Origin: Candidatus Poribacteria bacterium
Lineage (GTDB): Bacteria > Poribacteria > WGA-4E > WGA-3G
Assembly (NCBI GenBank): GCA_965215265.1
Contig: OZ244048.1
Location: forward strand, 2,976,001-3,040,000
Direction: 5' to 3'
DNA: 64,000 bases
Shown in pieces: positions 28,740-36,819 of the stretch; within the stretch, counting starts at the first letter, position 1, and every line of letters starts with the position of its first letter. The notes under the pieces were generated by a model, which saw nothing but the letters and a program-made list of their open reading frames with translations, was not told the origin of the DNA and did not search any database. The translations under genes were made by a program, and so were the position numbers.

Positions 28740-28826
28740 ATCATTTTTTTTCGTTAACTCACGGTTATCTTAATGCTAAGTCGTGTTGTGCTGAATTTGC
28801 GCGAGCCGAAATTTCCAGATTTTCGC

Positions 28827-28855
28827 TTGACAGATTTTTCAAATTGCCTTAAAAT
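28827..28855 (+). promoter_or_regulatory. Orphan sigma70-like promoter
   Basis: TTGACA-17-TAAAAT, then a hairpin (~28895-28934) and GAAGAGG, then a repeat instead of a gene. Confidence 0.55.
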
Positions 28856-28943
28856 CGGATATTATAAACTTTCAAAATGGCGAAAATGTCACTGGCGAGA
28901 TAGGCAGCAGATACGCTAAGTCTGCCTTATCGCTTGAAGAGGT

Positions 28944-29025
28944 ATTTGTATATCTCCGTACCATCAACGTCTATGTTTTGATGATTCGTGTGTAAATCTC
29001 GTCGGAGGTGCCTGATGTTTAGATT
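28944..29025 (-). repeat. Dispersed 60-bp element copy
   Basis: TTTGTATATCTCCGTACCATCAACGTCTATGTTTTGATGATTCGTGTGTAAATCTCGTCGGAG. Confidence 0.9.
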
Positions 29026-29030
29026 CAATA

Positions 29031-29129
29031 AAATGGAGAGACGGGAAGTTCGGCAAGGCCCTTGAATTTAACGGGAATGATGTCTATGTTCAAGTCGAGG
29101 CAAACGACAGCATTATCCTTGAAGAATTT
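29031..29129 (+). pseudogene. LamG-domain gene fragment
   Basis: Reads KWRDGKFGKALEFNGNDVYVQVEANDSIILEEF, containing the typical LamG 'GKFGKALEFNG' motif; lies between two element copies. Confidence 0.7.
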
Positions 29130-29267
29130 TTGTATATCTCCGTACCATCAACGTCTATGTTTTGATGATTCGTGTGTAAATCTCGTCAGAGCCTCACTAT
29201 GCTATGATTCCTCAATCACTTTTCTCGCAAGTTCCTCAATCTCGATAGGATGCCCGCCTTGCTCCCG
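29127..29267 (-). repeat. Element + linker + peptide tail (downstream flank of murB)
   Basis: Direct repeat of ~30494-30635. Confidence 0.88.
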
Positions 29268-29308
29268 AAAAGCATATCGTTCCACTTGCTTTGCCTCCGC
29301 CAACCTCA

Positions 29309-30214
29309 TCAAAACCCGAGACGTTTGACCTCAGTTTGAAGGGATACGCCGGTTTTTTCGTGCACGTGCTTTTGAATGTGCGTCACCAAATTCAACACAT
29401 CTTCCGCCGTTGCATTGTCCAGGTTAAGGATAAAATTCCCGTGGACTGTTGACACCTCTGCTCCGCCGATGCGGTGCCCCTTCAATCCACATGCCTCAAT
29501 GAGTCTACCTGCTGAGTCACCGGGGGGATTTTTGAACATGCACCCGGCGTTCTCTTCGGCGAACGGTTGCGTTGCTACCTTCTGCTTGTAGAACTGCTGC
29601 ATCCGTTCTGTTATCATTTCGCCATCTCCCGGTATCAGCGAGAGCGTTGCGCCTACGACACAGAAATAGTCACCCAACGCACTGTGTCGGTATTGGAACC
29701 CGGCTTCGGCGGGAGTGAGTTCGACGAGACGACCGGTGGAGTCCATCACGGTGACATTCGTCACGACATCGCCGAAGCTGCTTCCCCAGGCACCGGCGTT
29801 CATAATCAGCGCGCCACCCACAGAACCGGGGATGCCGAGTGCGAATTCCACGCCGCTCAAGCCGCAACGGGACATCGCTTTTGAGAGCCGCGGCAGCGAA
29901 AGCCCAGCACCGACAGAGACTTTGCTAACGTCAACCTCTAACGCTGCTAATTCACCGATTAACCTGATACAAATGCCCCGGAATCCGGCATCGCTCACAA
30001 GTAGATTTGAACCGCGCCCGATAACTGCAACGGGAACGTCCCACTGCCGGTGCAACTCCGCTAACGCTGCTAATTCTGCTATCGTACTCACTTCAAAGTA
30101 TGCGTCCGCTTCACCACCGATGCCGAAGTAAGTGTGCTTTGACAATGGCTCTCCAAAACGGAGCCTTGAGTTTGGGTGACGGGAGATACCGGAGAGTGCC
30201 GCTTTCCACGCCAT
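29309..30214 (-). CDS. murB: UDP-N-acetylenolpyruvoylglucosamine reductase
   Basis: 'HTYFGIGG.A', 'GRGSNLLV.D', 'GIPGSVGGA.IMNAGA', 'AGCMFKNP', 'HGNFI', 'L.TEV'; GGAGG SD. Confidence 0.95.
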   Translation of the reverse strand: MAWKAALSGISRHPNSRLRFGEPLSKHTYFGIGGEADAYFEVSTIAELAALAELHRQWDVPVAVIGRGSNLLVSDAGFRGICIRLIGELAALEVDVSKVSVGAGLSLPRLSKAMSRCGLSGVEFALGIPGSVGGALIMNAGAWGSSFGDVVTNVTVMDSTGRLVELTPAEAGFQYRHSALGDYFCVVGATLSLIPGDGEMITERMQQFYKQKVATQPFAEENAGCMFKNPPGDSAGRLIEACGLKGHRIGGAEVSTVHGNFILNLDNATAEDVLNLVTHIQKHVHEKTGVSLQTEVKRLGF

Positions 30215-30241
30215 GTTTGTATATCCCTCCTTTTTTGAGGT

Positions 30242-30270
30242 ATTATAGCACATACACCGCAGCCTGTCAA
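30242..30270 (-). promoter_or_regulatory. Consensus promoter of murB
   Basis: TTGACA-17-TATAAT with TG. Confidence 0.7.
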
Positions 30271-30405
30271 CTTTGGACAACTGAAAAATAGGGCTGTTTA
30301 GTTATCCGTTAAGAACGAGTTCTGAATCGCAATATGGTGCTGGCCCGAACGCCAAAAAAATAGCAAAAATCGAAGAGCTGCTTTTCCGAGCTGCTGCTGT
30401 CGAAG

Positions 30406-30635
30406 TTTTTTGTATCTCTCCGTACCATCAACGTCTATGTTTTGATGGCTCGTGTGTAAATCTCGTCGGAGCCTCACTATGCTATGATTCCTCTTTTTCG
30501 TATCTCTCCGTACCATCAACGTCTATGTTTTGATGGCTCGTGTGTAAATCTCGTCAGAGCCTCACTATGCTATGATTCCTCAATCACTTTTCGTGCGAGC
30601 TCCTCAATCTCCGCTGGATCCCCGCCTTGCTCCCG
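30406..30635 (-). repeat. Two tandem element units + peptide tail (upstream flank of murB)
   Basis: GTATCTCTCCGTACCATCAACG at 30412 and 30500. Confidence 0.92.
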
Positions 30636-30883
30636 GACTGTTTTCTCCCAATCCACACTGATTTTATGTGCCGCTGGCGGGGCCCAGAATAGAGAAAAAA
30701 CGAACCTTTTCTTAAAAGAATTGACTAATGAAACAAAACTGATTTTTAGTTTGGTTATATCCTCCTTCTTGATTGTTAATTAAGAACGGAAATTGTATAA
30801 ATCCCTTTAGCGATATGGGCATAGGCGCTCGCATAATGAGCAGGCTCTATCGCTTCGGGAAAGAAAAAAAAAGGAGAAAAGAA

Positions 30884-31387
30884 ATGAAGCAGAAATGGTT
30901 CGTACTCAGCGCAATCGGTGCAATTGCACTAATCAGTGTTTTTGTTTTTGATCATGTAACGTCAGCACAGCGGCCGGAACGTTCTGGCGGCGGGGAACGT
31001 GCTAATCGCGGCGAAGGGAGACGTGGCGGCATGGGCATGATGGGAACGATGAACCCTGTCTCCATTGTTGAGAACTCTTGGATTGACTTAACGTTTGGCG
31101 TGAAGGTGAACGACGAAACGCTCGTGAAAGCCCGGCCTATCTATCAGGAAATCCGCGACGAAGTAGAAATGGAGATGCAAACGCTACGGGCATCCAGAGA
31201 TCGACAACAGATGATGAACGAGATGAAAGCACTTGTCGGGAAAGTGGGTAAAGAATTCCAAGCATCTCTTAAGGAGATCTTGAGCGAAGCAGAAATGAAG
31301 CAGCTCAATGAATTGACAAAGAAACGCATAGCTGCGAATGAAGAACGTGGGAATAGGTTCCGCGGCGGCGGCAATCGAGGGCGGTAA
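30884..31387 (+). CDS. Secreted hypothetical helical protein (Gly/Arg-rich termini, Spy/CpxP-like flavour)
   Basis: AAGGAG SD, signal peptide MKQKWFVLSAIG..., downstream terminator. Confidence 0.75.
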   Translation: MKQKWFVLSAIGAIALISVFVFDHVTSAQRPERSGGGERANRGEGRRGGMGMMGTMNPVSIVENSWIDLTFGVKVNDETLVKARPIYQEIRDEVEMEMQTLRASRDRQQMMNEMKALVGKVGKEFQASLKEILSEAEMKQLNELTKKRIAANEERGNRFRGGGNRGR

Positions 31388-31419
31388 CAGTCGCTAGGAT
31401 TGCACCAATGCTTAATCCG

Positions 31420-31450
31420 GGTCGGGCGTATTTCGCCCGACCTTTTTTTT
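31420..31450 (+). terminator. Rho-independent terminator
   Basis: GGTCGGGCG-TATTT-CGCCCGACC followed by T8. Confidence 0.8.
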
Positions 31451-31465
31451 GTTGCTCGCAAAAAA

Positions 31466-33763
31466 TTAGCGATCGTGATTGAGTTCTTCGACCCAACGAA
31501 GCATCAATTGCTGGTTTTCTAGGTCATTCCGTTGCAAAAACAGGTCTGCGAGACGTTCGCCGGTTTCTGCGAGCAGTGCAGATAAGTGAGCGGCTTGAGT
31601 TTTCAGTGCTTCTTGGTACTTTGCGATGGCAGCGTTATGTTGTTTTCGGTACATCAGGCAGATAGCCAGCGTGCATCGGACACGGACCAGTTCGGCTGAC
31701 TTGCGTTTATTAGAGCGCCTGCGCGCGAGCTGCGATTCAAGTGCCAGCAGGTTTCTGTAGGCAGGCATATTAAGCCGGTCTTGCTGAAGCACGACTTCAA
31801 AACCTGCGAGTGCTTTCACATGTTCGCCCTGCAAGAGATAGAGATACGCTAGCGTGTTGTTAATCTGTATGTCCCTTTTTCCGGGAGGAATCGCCTCAAA
31901 CTCAGCCAGTGCCTCCCCATAGTTTCGCTGCTGCATCAACTCATTCCCACGCCGGATTTGCAGGTTAATCTGTTCTTGCTTAGCTTGTTCATTGTCGGGC
32001 ATCTGCGCTAGAACTCGTGACAGTTCAACAGATGCTTGTTGATAATCCCTCATATTCTGATACGCATTGGCAAGACTCAAGCGTAGATTCGGGTCATTGG
32101 GGGCAATACGAAGTGCTTCGCCAAGCAGCTGAATCGCGGCATTGTAGTGTTCCTGATGGATAAGACTTTGCGCATAGTGATGATAAGCAACGATAAGGTT
32201 ATGTTGTGCGTGCTCTGCGTTCGGTGTCACAGTATAGACATATTGAAATGCCTCGAGCGCGGCCCGGTAGTCCTCCTTATTTAGATACAATTCGCCAAGC
32301 AGACTATAGATGTGGGTATCATTGGGGTGGAGTGTCTGCAATTCTTGATAAACGGTGATGGCTTCATCCAGTTTTCCTGCCTCACGATACGCATTCCCTT
32401 TCCGCCAAAAAGCATCGCTGAGGTTTGTGCGTGCGATGTCAAGTGTGGACATTAACCGTAAAGCGTTCCGATACGCATTAATCGCCTCATCCCATTCGCC
32501 TCTATTCCTGAGTGCGACACCGTAGTTATTATAACAGTGTGCAAGGTGCTGTTGTGTTAGAGCGTCGACAGGATTAATGTCGAGTGCCTTCTGATAGTAT
32601 CCGATCGCCTTTTGAAACTGCTGGATCCGGTCGTATCCATTTCCGATCAGTCGATATGTTGGAGCATCAAGAGGCTTAATATGAAGTGCCTTTTCAAAAG
32701 CAGCAGTGGCGGTGGAAAAATCCTTAGTATTCAAGGCCTTAAAACCCTTTTCCCGCAGCAGTTGGTGCAGATTGCGCCGTGCAGCTTTGTGATACGGTGC
32801 GATTTCCAGCGCTTTTTCAAAAGCATAAATTGCTTTCTCATTCTCATTTCGTTGATAATAAAGGATGCCGAGGGTGTTGTAATCTGAAGGCGACAGTTTT
32901 TGCGCGAGTCGTTCTTCAAGCAGGTTGATTGCTTCAGATGTCTGCCCTGTTTCTTTGTAGGCTTGGAGGAGCCTCTCGATGGCAGGTTGAAAATTCGGTT
33001 TGAGGCGGCGGCATTCCTGAAAGCACCCAATGGAAGCTGCAAACTCGCCTTTATCAAAGTAGACCGTACCCAGTAGGTAGTGGGCACGCAGGTGCCACGG
33101 TTTACGTGCTGCTTCGGCTTTAAGGGCATCAATAGCGATGTCGTGCTGCGATGTATTCAGCGGTGTATTGTAGAGCCTAATCACCGTGTTTATATCGCGT
33201 GCGGTGGGACGTTGGGCAATCGCAGTAGGATAACTGACATCTGCCGGGTGCGGGCTATGGCCCCACAAACCGATGGCATGCCCGAATTCATGGAGACATA
33301 CTGTCCGCATTTCGTCCTCTGATAGTTCATCGATTGTTCCATCACCTTCTAGTATCAGGATAATTTCTACTTTAAAAGACGGTGTGTGTGTTCCAGCGGC
33401 TTTATGCTCAAGACGTGTAAGCTCTGCACTACCGAGTCGTGTATCTTGAATTTCTAACAGGTTACTGTAAGCCCAACTGACGCGGATGTCTGCCTCTGTC
33501 GGTACATCTGTCTCTTCAAAGTCAATTTTTCCTTCAAGTGCAGTTTCCCACTCGTTCATCGCGTAACGTATCTCTGGTAGGTACGGGCTCTCTTTTAAGA
33601 TAGGCGAGATGTAGACGCGAATCGGCATCCGCGTAAAACGGGTAATTCTGCCGTCTGAGAACAAGGTAATTTTATCGAAATAATCCTCCGCTGCAGTGAC
33701 AGGCATGCAGGCTACACCTATAAAAACAACAATGATAAGAAAAGGTAGGGTTTTTGTCAGCAT
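31466..33763 (-). CDS. Secreted matrixin/M10-like zinc metallopeptidase with TPR array
   Basis: HEFGHAIGLWGH metzincin-like motif followed by many TPR repeats. Confidence 0.85.
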   Translation of the reverse strand: MLTKTLPFLIIVVFIGVACMPVTAAEDYFDKITLFSDGRITRFTRMPIRVYISPILKESPYLPEIRYAMNEWETALEGKIDFEETDVPTEADIRVSWAYSNLLEIQDTRLGSAELTRLEHKAAGTHTPSFKVEIILILEGDGTIDELSEDEMRTVCLHEFGHAIGLWGHSPHPADVSYPTAIAQRPTARDINTVIRLYNTPLNTSQHDIAIDALKAEAARKPWHLRAHYLLGTVYFDKGEFAASIGCFQECRRLKPNFQPAIERLLQAYKETGQTSEAINLLEERLAQKLSPSDYNTLGILYYQRNENEKAIYAFEKALEIAPYHKAARRNLHQLLREKGFKALNTKDFSTATAAFEKALHIKPLDAPTYRLIGNGYDRIQQFQKAIGYYQKALDINPVDALTQQHLAHCYNNYGVALRNRGEWDEAINAYRNALRLMSTLDIARTNLSDAFWRKGNAYREAGKLDEAITVYQELQTLHPNDTHIYSLLGELYLNKEDYRAALEAFQYVYTVTPNAEHAQHNLIVAYHHYAQSLIHQEHYNAAIQLLGEALRIAPNDPNLRLSLANAYQNMRDYQQASVELSRVLAQMPDNEQAKQEQINLQIRRGNELMQQRNYGEALAEFEAIPPGKRDIQINNTLAYLYLLQGEHVKALAGFEVVLQQDRLNMPAYRNLLALESQLARRRSNKRKSAELVRVRCTLAICLMYRKQHNAAIAKYQEALKTQAAHLSALLAETGERLADLFLQRNDLENQQLMLRWVEELNHDR

Positions 33764-33783
33764 AAATTAACCCTGCAGTAAGT

Positions 33784-33875
33784 TTTTTGTATATCTCCGT
33801 GCTATCACCGCTTATGCTTTGATGGCTCGTGTGTAAATCTCGTCGGAGCCACTCTAGGTATAGTCTTTAAAATCA
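33784..33875 (-). repeat. Dispersed 60-bp element copy + linker
   Basis: TTTTGTATATCTCCGTGC...CTCGTGTGTAAATCTCGTCGGAGCCACTCTAGGTATAGTCTTTAAAATC. Confidence 0.88.
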
Positions 33876-33898
33876 TAACATCAAACGAAGATATCCTA

Positions 33899-35047
33899 TT
33901 ATTCTGGAATCTGTGTCCATCCCGTGCTGCTGCGAATTGCATCAATCGCGAGCTGGTAACGCCAGCCATCATGAAAAGTTAGGTAAGGTTCGTGAGGGCG
34001 TTTCTCAAGATCTGCGAGGAAATCACGGACTAGGGCAACCCATTTGTTTTGAATGTCATCGCCGATGCGTGGGAGCGCGTCGTTGAACGGTTGGGGTACC
34101 GGCAATTCCTCAACTTCGTCTCTAATATGTTGGGTTATGGGCGATAAGATATGCCTACCGTGCCCGACGAGGGTGCCCTCGCTGCCGTAGAAGTACCATC
34201 CGCCGGTCGGCGTTTTTGTTGGCACGCCAGGCACCGGCCGCATTGTGACAAGGATCGGCTGTTGTGTTCCGTCTAATTTGAAGAGCGCGGAATAGCCGAC
34301 CTCGGCATCGCACTCACGCCATTCAAGTGTTGATGCCTCTTCTGGGGTAATCTCTTTGCTGCGCCAGACGCGAAAGTCGCGAATTTCTGGGACGACCGGT
34401 GCCCTTCTTGGGGCGAACCGCGCTTCGCCAATTGCGGACACCACTCTTGCCTTTGTCATCTTTTCAAGCATTCCGAGTTGATGCGTCAACCCATTGTTGA
34501 GGGCGCCGCCGCCATGCGCTAAGGAGGTCATCCAATTCCACGGCTTCACCATGGTCGTGGTGTTGCCGGGGGGCCTACGTGAGTAGGCGATATCGACCTC
34601 TTTTAGTTCGCCGATGCGTTGTTGCTTTGTGATAAGGTCGCGGACATAAGCGACACTCGGGTCATATAAGTGGGTTGCGGCAAAGGCGTGCTTTACCCCT
34701 GCGTCCCTGACGAGTGTGTAAAGTCTACCGGCTTCTCCGGCAGTGAGTGCCAAGGGTTTTTCACAGATAATATGGGAGCCGAGCTGCACAGCGAGTTCAA
34801 TGACTGGGCCGCGCAAAATAGCGGGCGTTGTCAGCGCCACGATATCCGGTCTGTGTGTTAACAAGCACTTTCGCCAATCAATGGAGGCTTCAGGGACCTC
34901 TAACCGAGAGGCGACTTTTTTTACCACATCTGGTTTGCGTGCACAGATGGCAGTGACTGCAACCCCGTAATGTTGAAATGCCTTGGTGTGCCCTTCTGCA
35001 GACCAGCCTGCGCCGACAACGACTGCGGTTAATCTCTTTGAACTCAT
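33899..35047 (-). CDS. Gfo/Idh/MocA oxidoreductase
   Basis: 'VVGAGW', 'ICEKPLA'. Confidence 0.88.
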   Translation of the reverse strand: MSSKRLTAVVVGAGWSAEGHTKAFQHYGVAVTAICARKPDVVKKVASRLEVPEASIDWRKCLLTHRPDIVALTTPAILRGPVIELAVQLGSHIICEKPLALTAGEAGRLYTLVRDAGVKHAFAATHLYDPSVAYVRDLITKQQRIGELKEVDIAYSRRPPGNTTTMVKPWNWMTSLAHGGGALNNGLTHQLGMLEKMTKARVVSAIGEARFAPRRAPVVPEIRDFRVWRSKEITPEEASTLEWRECDAEVGYSALFKLDGTQQPILVTMRPVPGVPTKTPTGGWYFYGSEGTLVGHGRHILSPITQHIRDEVEELPVPQPFNDALPRIGDDIQNKWVALVRDFLADLEKRPHEPYLTFHDGWRYQLAIDAIRSSTGWTQIPE

Positions 35048-35048
35048 G

Positions 35049-36542
35049 CTATGCTAAAATTTCGTTAACGAGGCGTGCTTTATCCTCAACGCCTGTCAAC
35101 CGGTGGTCGAGCCCTTGAAATTTAAAGGTTAACCGTTCATGGTCAATGCCGAGTTGATTGAGAATAGTGGCGTTCAGGTCTCGAATATGGACGGGGTCTT
35201 TGACGATATTGTAGCTGAAGTCGTCGGTTTCACCGTGGACAATGCCTCCTTTGATGCCACCGCCTGCCATCCAGATAGTATAGCATTTGGGATGGTGGTC
35301 GCGTCCGTAGTTATCATGTGTGAGGTTGCCTTGGCAGTAGACGGTTCTGCCGAATTCGCCACCCCAGACAACCAATGTTTCGTCAAGCATCCCGCGTTGC
35401 TTGAGATCTTTGACGAGCGCGGCTGCAGGTTGATCGATGTCACGTGCCTGATTCCGGATGTTTTTCGGCAGGTCGCCGTGCTGATCCCAGCCGCGGTGGA
35501 AAATTTGGACGAGCCGGACATCCCGCTCCATCATCCTGCGGGCGAGGATGCAGCAGTGCGCGAACGTGCCGGGTTTCTGCACATCCGGTCCATACATCTC
35601 TATCACTTTCTCCGGTTCCTGGTTGAGGTCGGTTAGCTCAGGGACAGAAGACTGCATGCGGAACGCCATCTCATATTGAGAGATACGCGCATGCGTTTCC
35701 GGATCTCCGACTTCCTCATAGAGTTTCTGGTTGAGTGCGACGAGTGTATCAAGCATCTGTTTTCGGGCATTTTCACTCATACCTTTGGGGTTTGTTAGGA
35801 ATAACACGGGGTCGCCGCTGCTCCGGAGGAGAACCCCTTGGTGTTCAGAGGGCAAGAAGCCGGAGCCCCAGAGTCGGTTGTAGAGTGCTTGTGCGCCCTT
35901 CGGCCCGGACCAGGTGGCGTTCATAACGATAAAAGCCGGGAGATTGCGGTTCTCACTGCCGAGCCCGTAACTGAGCCACGCGCCAAGACTGGGTTTGCCG
36001 GGGCGTTCGTCGCCTGTACAGATGTAAGTAATGGCCGGGTCGTGATTAATGGCCTCCGTGTGAACCGTTTTTATAACTGCGAGCTCTTTAGCAACCGAGC
36101 CGGTGTGTGGTAGCAACTCACTCAACCAAACCCCGTCCCCGCCATTGTCATGCTTTTTGAATTCAAAGATAGATGGCGCGATGGGGAACTTATCCTGGCC
36201 GGAAGTCATCGTAGTCAGACGTTGCCCCATTCGGACAGACTCAGGGAGGTCTGTATCGAACCATTCGCCCATGTTCGGTTTATAGTCAAACAGATCGAGT
36301 TGTGAAGGTGCGCCAGACATGAAGAGGTAAATAGCACGCTTTGCCTTTGGGGCAAAGTGTGGTAGATCGGGCAATCCACCGGCGCGGGTCGGGGATGCGG
36401 CTACATTGTGAGTCCCCTCCAGGGCATTTACGATTCCGTTCGGTAGCAGTGAGGCGAGTGCTGCACCGCCGAGTCCTGTCGCGCATTTGCCGAAGAATTG
36501 TCGACGTGTTTCAAGTTTCAGATATTCTTTAACTGGATCCAT
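35049..36542 (-). CDS. DUF1501 protein (Tat-like RR)
   Basis: 'TRRQFF', '[25 protein letters not shown]', 'GWDQH', 'WGGEFGRT', 'GRDHHP'. Confidence 0.9.
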   Translation of the reverse strand: MDPVKEYLKLETRRQFFGKCATGLGGAALASLLPNGIVNALEGTHNVAASPTRAGGLPDLPHFAPKAKRAIYLFMSGAPSQLDLFDYKPNMGEWFDTDLPESVRMGQRLTTMTSGQDKFPIAPSIFEFKKHDNGGDGVWLSELLPHTGSVAKELAVIKTVHTEAINHDPAITYICTGDERPGKPSLGAWLSYGLGSENRNLPAFIVMNATWSGPKGAQALYNRLWGSGFLPSEHQGVLLRSSGDPVLFLTNPKGMSENARKQMLDTLVALNQKLYEEVGDPETHARISQYEMAFRMQSSVPELTDLNQEPEKVIEMYGPDVQKPGTFAHCCILARRMMERDVRLVQIFHRGWDQHGDLPKNIRNQARDIDQPAAALVKDLKQRGMLDETLVVWGGEFGRTVYCQGNLTHDNYGRDHHPKCYTIWMAGGGIKGGIVHGETDDFSYNIVKDPVHIRDLNATILNQLGIDHERLTFKFQGLDHRLTGVEDKARLVNEILA

Positions 36543-36553
36543 TGTGGAACTCC

Positions 36554-36812
36554 TTTTTTCATATATCTCCGTACCATCACCGCTTATGCTTTTGATGGCT
36601 CGTGTGTAAATCTCGTCAGAGGTTAACTAGGTATAGTCTTTTAAAATCTAAACATAGTGTATTCCCACAAAAGTTGTTCTCTGATCGGTGCTCGTGTCCA
36701 CGAGATGCTCATTCAAGCTTGATGTTTTTGCATATCTCCGTACCATCAACGTCTATGTTTTGATGACTCGTGTGTAAATCTCGTCAGAGCTTCACTAGGC
36801 TATGATTCCTCA
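36554..36812 (-). repeat. Two element copies separated by ~80 bp of unique sequence
   Basis: Copies at ~36554-36650 and ~36725-36812. Confidence 0.88.
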
Positions 36813-36819
36813 ATAGTGA

